From the NCBI RefSeq assembly GCF_039912695.1, contig NZ_JBDSPJ010000022.1, positions 246,522-310,521 on the forward strand: 64,000 nt of DNA, written 5' to 3'. Origin of the DNA: Pseudolysinimonas sp. GTDB lineage: Bacteria; Actinomycetota; Actinomycetes; Actinomycetales; Microbacteriaceae. This document shows positions 62,082 to 64,000 of this stretch, in pieces (position 1 is the stretch's first letter; each line of letters starts with the position of its first letter). A model generated the notes under the pieces. That model was given only the letters and a program-made list of their open reading frames with translations, did no database searches and had not been told where the DNA came from. The position numbers and the translations under genes were made by a program.

Positions 62082-62915
62082 GTGGCGATGAAGCGCCGCA
62101 CCCTGATTGCCGGAATAGCGGCCCTCAGCGCGGGGGCTGCCGCCGGAGCGGTCGGCGGAGGGTTCGCCTACGCGGAAACGCCGAAGGCACCCGCGCTTCC
62201 CCGCGCCGTCGATCATGCTCGGGTCGTGCCGCACGTGAAAGGAGCACCGACGCTGATGCCAGCGTATTTTCCGATCCCGCACCTCACGAAGATTCCGATC
62301 CCGGGCGGGATGATTCACGGGCTTCCCGGCGAGGGCAACCTCATCGCGTTCACGGTTGACGACGGGGTCTCCAGCGACGTCGTCGGCGCGTATGCCGAGT
62401 TCGCACGCACGACCGGGATGCGCATCACCTTTTTTGTCACCGCGAGCTACCCGGCATGGAGGGACCACGCGGATGCTCTGCGCCCGATGGTCGAGTCGGG
62501 TCAGATCCAGCTGGCGAACCACACCTGGAACCATCCCGACTTCACGAAGATCAGCGACGGCGAGATCCGTTCCCAGCTCGAACGGTGCGGAGATTTCATC
62601 CGCACGACTTTCGGGGTTGAGGCAGCGCCGTACTTCCGCCCGCCGTACGGCAACGCGGACGCCCGGGTGCTAGCTGCCGCGCGCGCCGCCGGTTACCCGC
62701 AGGCCGTGCACTGGTACGGCTCGATTGGTGACTCCGGCCCGATCTCCGACGAGAACATGTCGATGCTGATCGACCGCTGGGTCACGGCACAGCGCATCGT
62801 GATCGGCCACGCCAACCAGCCGACGATCCTCGGGCACTTCGACGAACTGGTGAAGACGATTCGTGATCGCGGCCTTCAGCCGGTCACCTTCGACGATGTG
62901 TTCCTGAGGCCCTAA
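62082..62915 (+). CDS. Polysaccharide deacetylase (NodB domain), Tat/Sec-exported
   Basis: 277 aa. KRRTLIAGIAALSAGAAAG signal. NodB motifs FTVDDG and HTWNHP. Confidence 0.8.
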   Translation: MAMKRRTLIAGIAALSAGAAAGAVGGGFAYAETPKAPALPRAVDHARVVPHVKGAPTLMPAYFPIPHLTKIPIPGGMIHGLPGEGNLIAFTVDDGVSSDVVGAYAEFARTTGMRITFFVTASYPAWRDHADALRPMVESGQIQLANHTWNHPDFTKISDGEIRSQLERCGDFIRTTFGVEAAPYFRPPYGNADARVLAAARAAGYPQAVHWYGSIGDSGPISDENMSMLIDRWVTAQRIVIGHANQPTILGHFDELVKTIRDRGLQPVTFDDVFLRP

Positions 62916-62924
62916 CGGCCTTCG

Positions 62925-63410
62925 TCAGACGTCTCTAGGCGCGAAGGCGCCGATCGACGTGAAGAAGGCGCCGAGCGCCTTGGTGCCCTTGATGTAATTC
63001 GCGGTCGCGAAGACTTGGTCGGCAGCCCCGGCGACGGCGTCCAGCGCGGTGCCCGCAACCCCGCCGACCACGGCGCCCACTCCGCCAGCCGCCGACACGG
63101 CGACCCCTGCGGCCGAAGGAGACTCCGAAGTCTGTCGCAGATACTCGAGCAGCGCTGCGCTCGGCTCAGGAGCGGTCGAGCCGCCGGACGGGGTCAAAAA
63201 TGCAACCCGTTCACCATCGACGGACACCGTGAAGATGCCGAGGCCCTTCTTCACCGTCACCGACGACAGCGGACCGCTGAACACGGTAGCCAGCGCGTTG
63301 TCGAGACAGGTCAGAGTCGTGCCGTCCGAGATCAGAGCTGCCGGACGAGCGACTCCGAAGAGGTAGTTCTTGCGCCAATAGGCAAGTGTCTTCATCTGGT
63401 CACCCTTCAT
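62925..63410 (-). CDS. Hypothetical protein
   Basis: ORF 62925..63449 trimmed to ATG 63410 (alternative start 63395). It has a Gly/Ala-rich C-terminal half and no family I recognise. Confidence 0.45.
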   Translation of the reverse strand: MKGDQMKTLAYWRKNYLFGVARPAALISDGTTLTCLDNALATVFSGPLSSVTVKKGLGIFTVSVDGERVAFLTPSGGSTAPEPSAALLEYLRQTSESPSAAGVAVSAAGGVGAVVGGVAGTALDAVAGAADQVFATANYIKGTKALGAFFTSIGAFAPRDV

Positions 63411-63414
63411 GTGC

Positions 63415-64000
63415 TCACCCGGCCCAGGCGGATGGGCCGACCCCGCCATCCTTCGTGACCCGCCGCAGATGCTGCTTGCGTACCTCGCGCAGCACCGGGT
63501 AGATCGCTGAGAACACCACCATCGGAGCCCGGAGCGCCGGGTTGAAGATCTTGTGGTGGTCGTAGGTGCGCTCCCACCGAAGGATGTAGTTCAGGTACTG
63601 CTTCGGCGGTGCCTCGAGTCGACGGGCCGACATGCCTGCGACCATCTTCGACCCGTAGGCGATCTTGTGGCCCAACTCGAAGAGGTGGATGCCGAGGTCG
63701 ACATCCTCGTGCATCTCGTCTTTCTCGTCGGCGCAGGTCGAATCGCGGACGTCCCGCCAGGCGGTCGCCCTGATTGCCATGTTGCTGCCGAACACGAAGT
63801 GATATTCGCGCGTCAGCTTCAGCAGCGCGCGACGCATGTTGTCGTCGGCCCGGGCGCCGAACCGCCGCAGCGGCATGTCGTAGTAGATCATCGGGCCCGT
63901 CGCGGCATCCACGATTGGGTCGAGGAAGATCGCGGTGACCTGCTCAACCCAGTCGGGTTCGAGGATGGAGTCGGAGTCGATGCGGCCGATGATGTCGCCG
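63415..64000 (-). CDS. Family 2 glycosyltransferase-like protein, 5' end outside window
   Basis: The frame stays open from the listed ORF (63415..63912) to the window edge (…GDIIGRIDSDSILEPDWVEQVTAIFLDPIVDAATGPMIYYD…FGSNMAIRATAW). The D-x-D-like IDSDS and the downstream blocks suggest GT2. Confidence 0.65.
   Translation of the reverse strand, partial: GDIIGRIDSDSILEPDWVEQVTAIFLDPIVDAATGPMIYYDMPLRRFGARADDNMRRALLKLTREYHFVFGSNMAIRATAWRDVRDSTCADEKDEMHEDVDLGIHLFELGHKIAYGSKMVAGMSARRLEAPPKQYLNYILRWERTYDHHKIFNPALRAPMVVFSAIYPVLREVRKQHLRRVTKDGGVGPSAWAG

Noticed and set aside
1-64000. Defence islands, prophage, IS elements or biosynthetic gene clusters as the hidden system.
   Set aside because: Going gene by gene, I found no nucleases, methylases, reverse transcriptases, STAND/AAA defence ATPases, capsid or terminase genes, transposases, PKS/NRPS genes or RiPP maturases. 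The only mobile-looking sequences are the two short palindromic repeat families reported above.

Overview
This is about 64 kb of visibly very GC-rich, gene-dense chromosome. Gene content suggests a high-GC Gram-positive bacterium (Actinomycetota, possibly Microbacteriaceae-like); that is inference only, and no searches were run. I support about 75 CDS, 2 tRNAs (Arg-UCU, His-GUG), one TPP riboswitch, a few hairpin terminators and several candidate operators. I found no rRNA, CRISPR array, transposase, integrase, phage genes or recognisable defence system.

Main gene blocks:
- 1-9512 (-): a long, translationally coupled operon. It encodes a peptide-type ABC importer, an alpha/beta hydrolase, MarR, a family III CoA-transferase and an HgdB/BcrC-like protein. 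The last gene is missing from the ORF track because it runs off the window edge.
- 9647-13242: hydrolase-like, CapA-like and SDR genes that share a palindromic operator with that operon.
- 13694-19038: a five-enzyme non-phosphorylative sugar-acid cluster.
- 19811-21521: an ars locus built on an aquaglyceroporin.
- Two two-component modules (21531-23708 and 44900-49268).
- Housekeeping genes: rpiB, nei, pepN, ettA, ssb, orn, clpS, tesB.
- 57767-61305: a thiBPQ-type importer behind a TPP riboswitch.

Most interesting observations:
1. An unannotated 23-codon, six-cysteine ORF (MSECCDPIACPPGSEDLCEPYCC) heads the arsC-aquaporin unit. It carries an ArsD-like CC-x4-C motif.
2. A long perfect-palindrome repeat family has two copies. 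One is embedded in frame in an amidohydrolase CDS. The other sits between convergent genes and is flanked by 10-bp direct repeats.
3. A second family of bipartite inverted repeats (TTTCCGTTTTCAGGAA ... TTCCTGAAAACGGAAA) has two copies. One can sequester the Shine-Dalgarno of a response regulator.
4. A membrane protein with two H-box-like segments that lack the histidine is translationally coupled to a soluble PAS hybrid kinase and a LuxR-type regulator.
5. The HgdB/BcrC-like protein coupled to the CoA-transferase has no cysteine in its 530 visible codons.

All family assignments come from motifs read by eye and from memory of protein families. They need HMM or BLAST confirmation.
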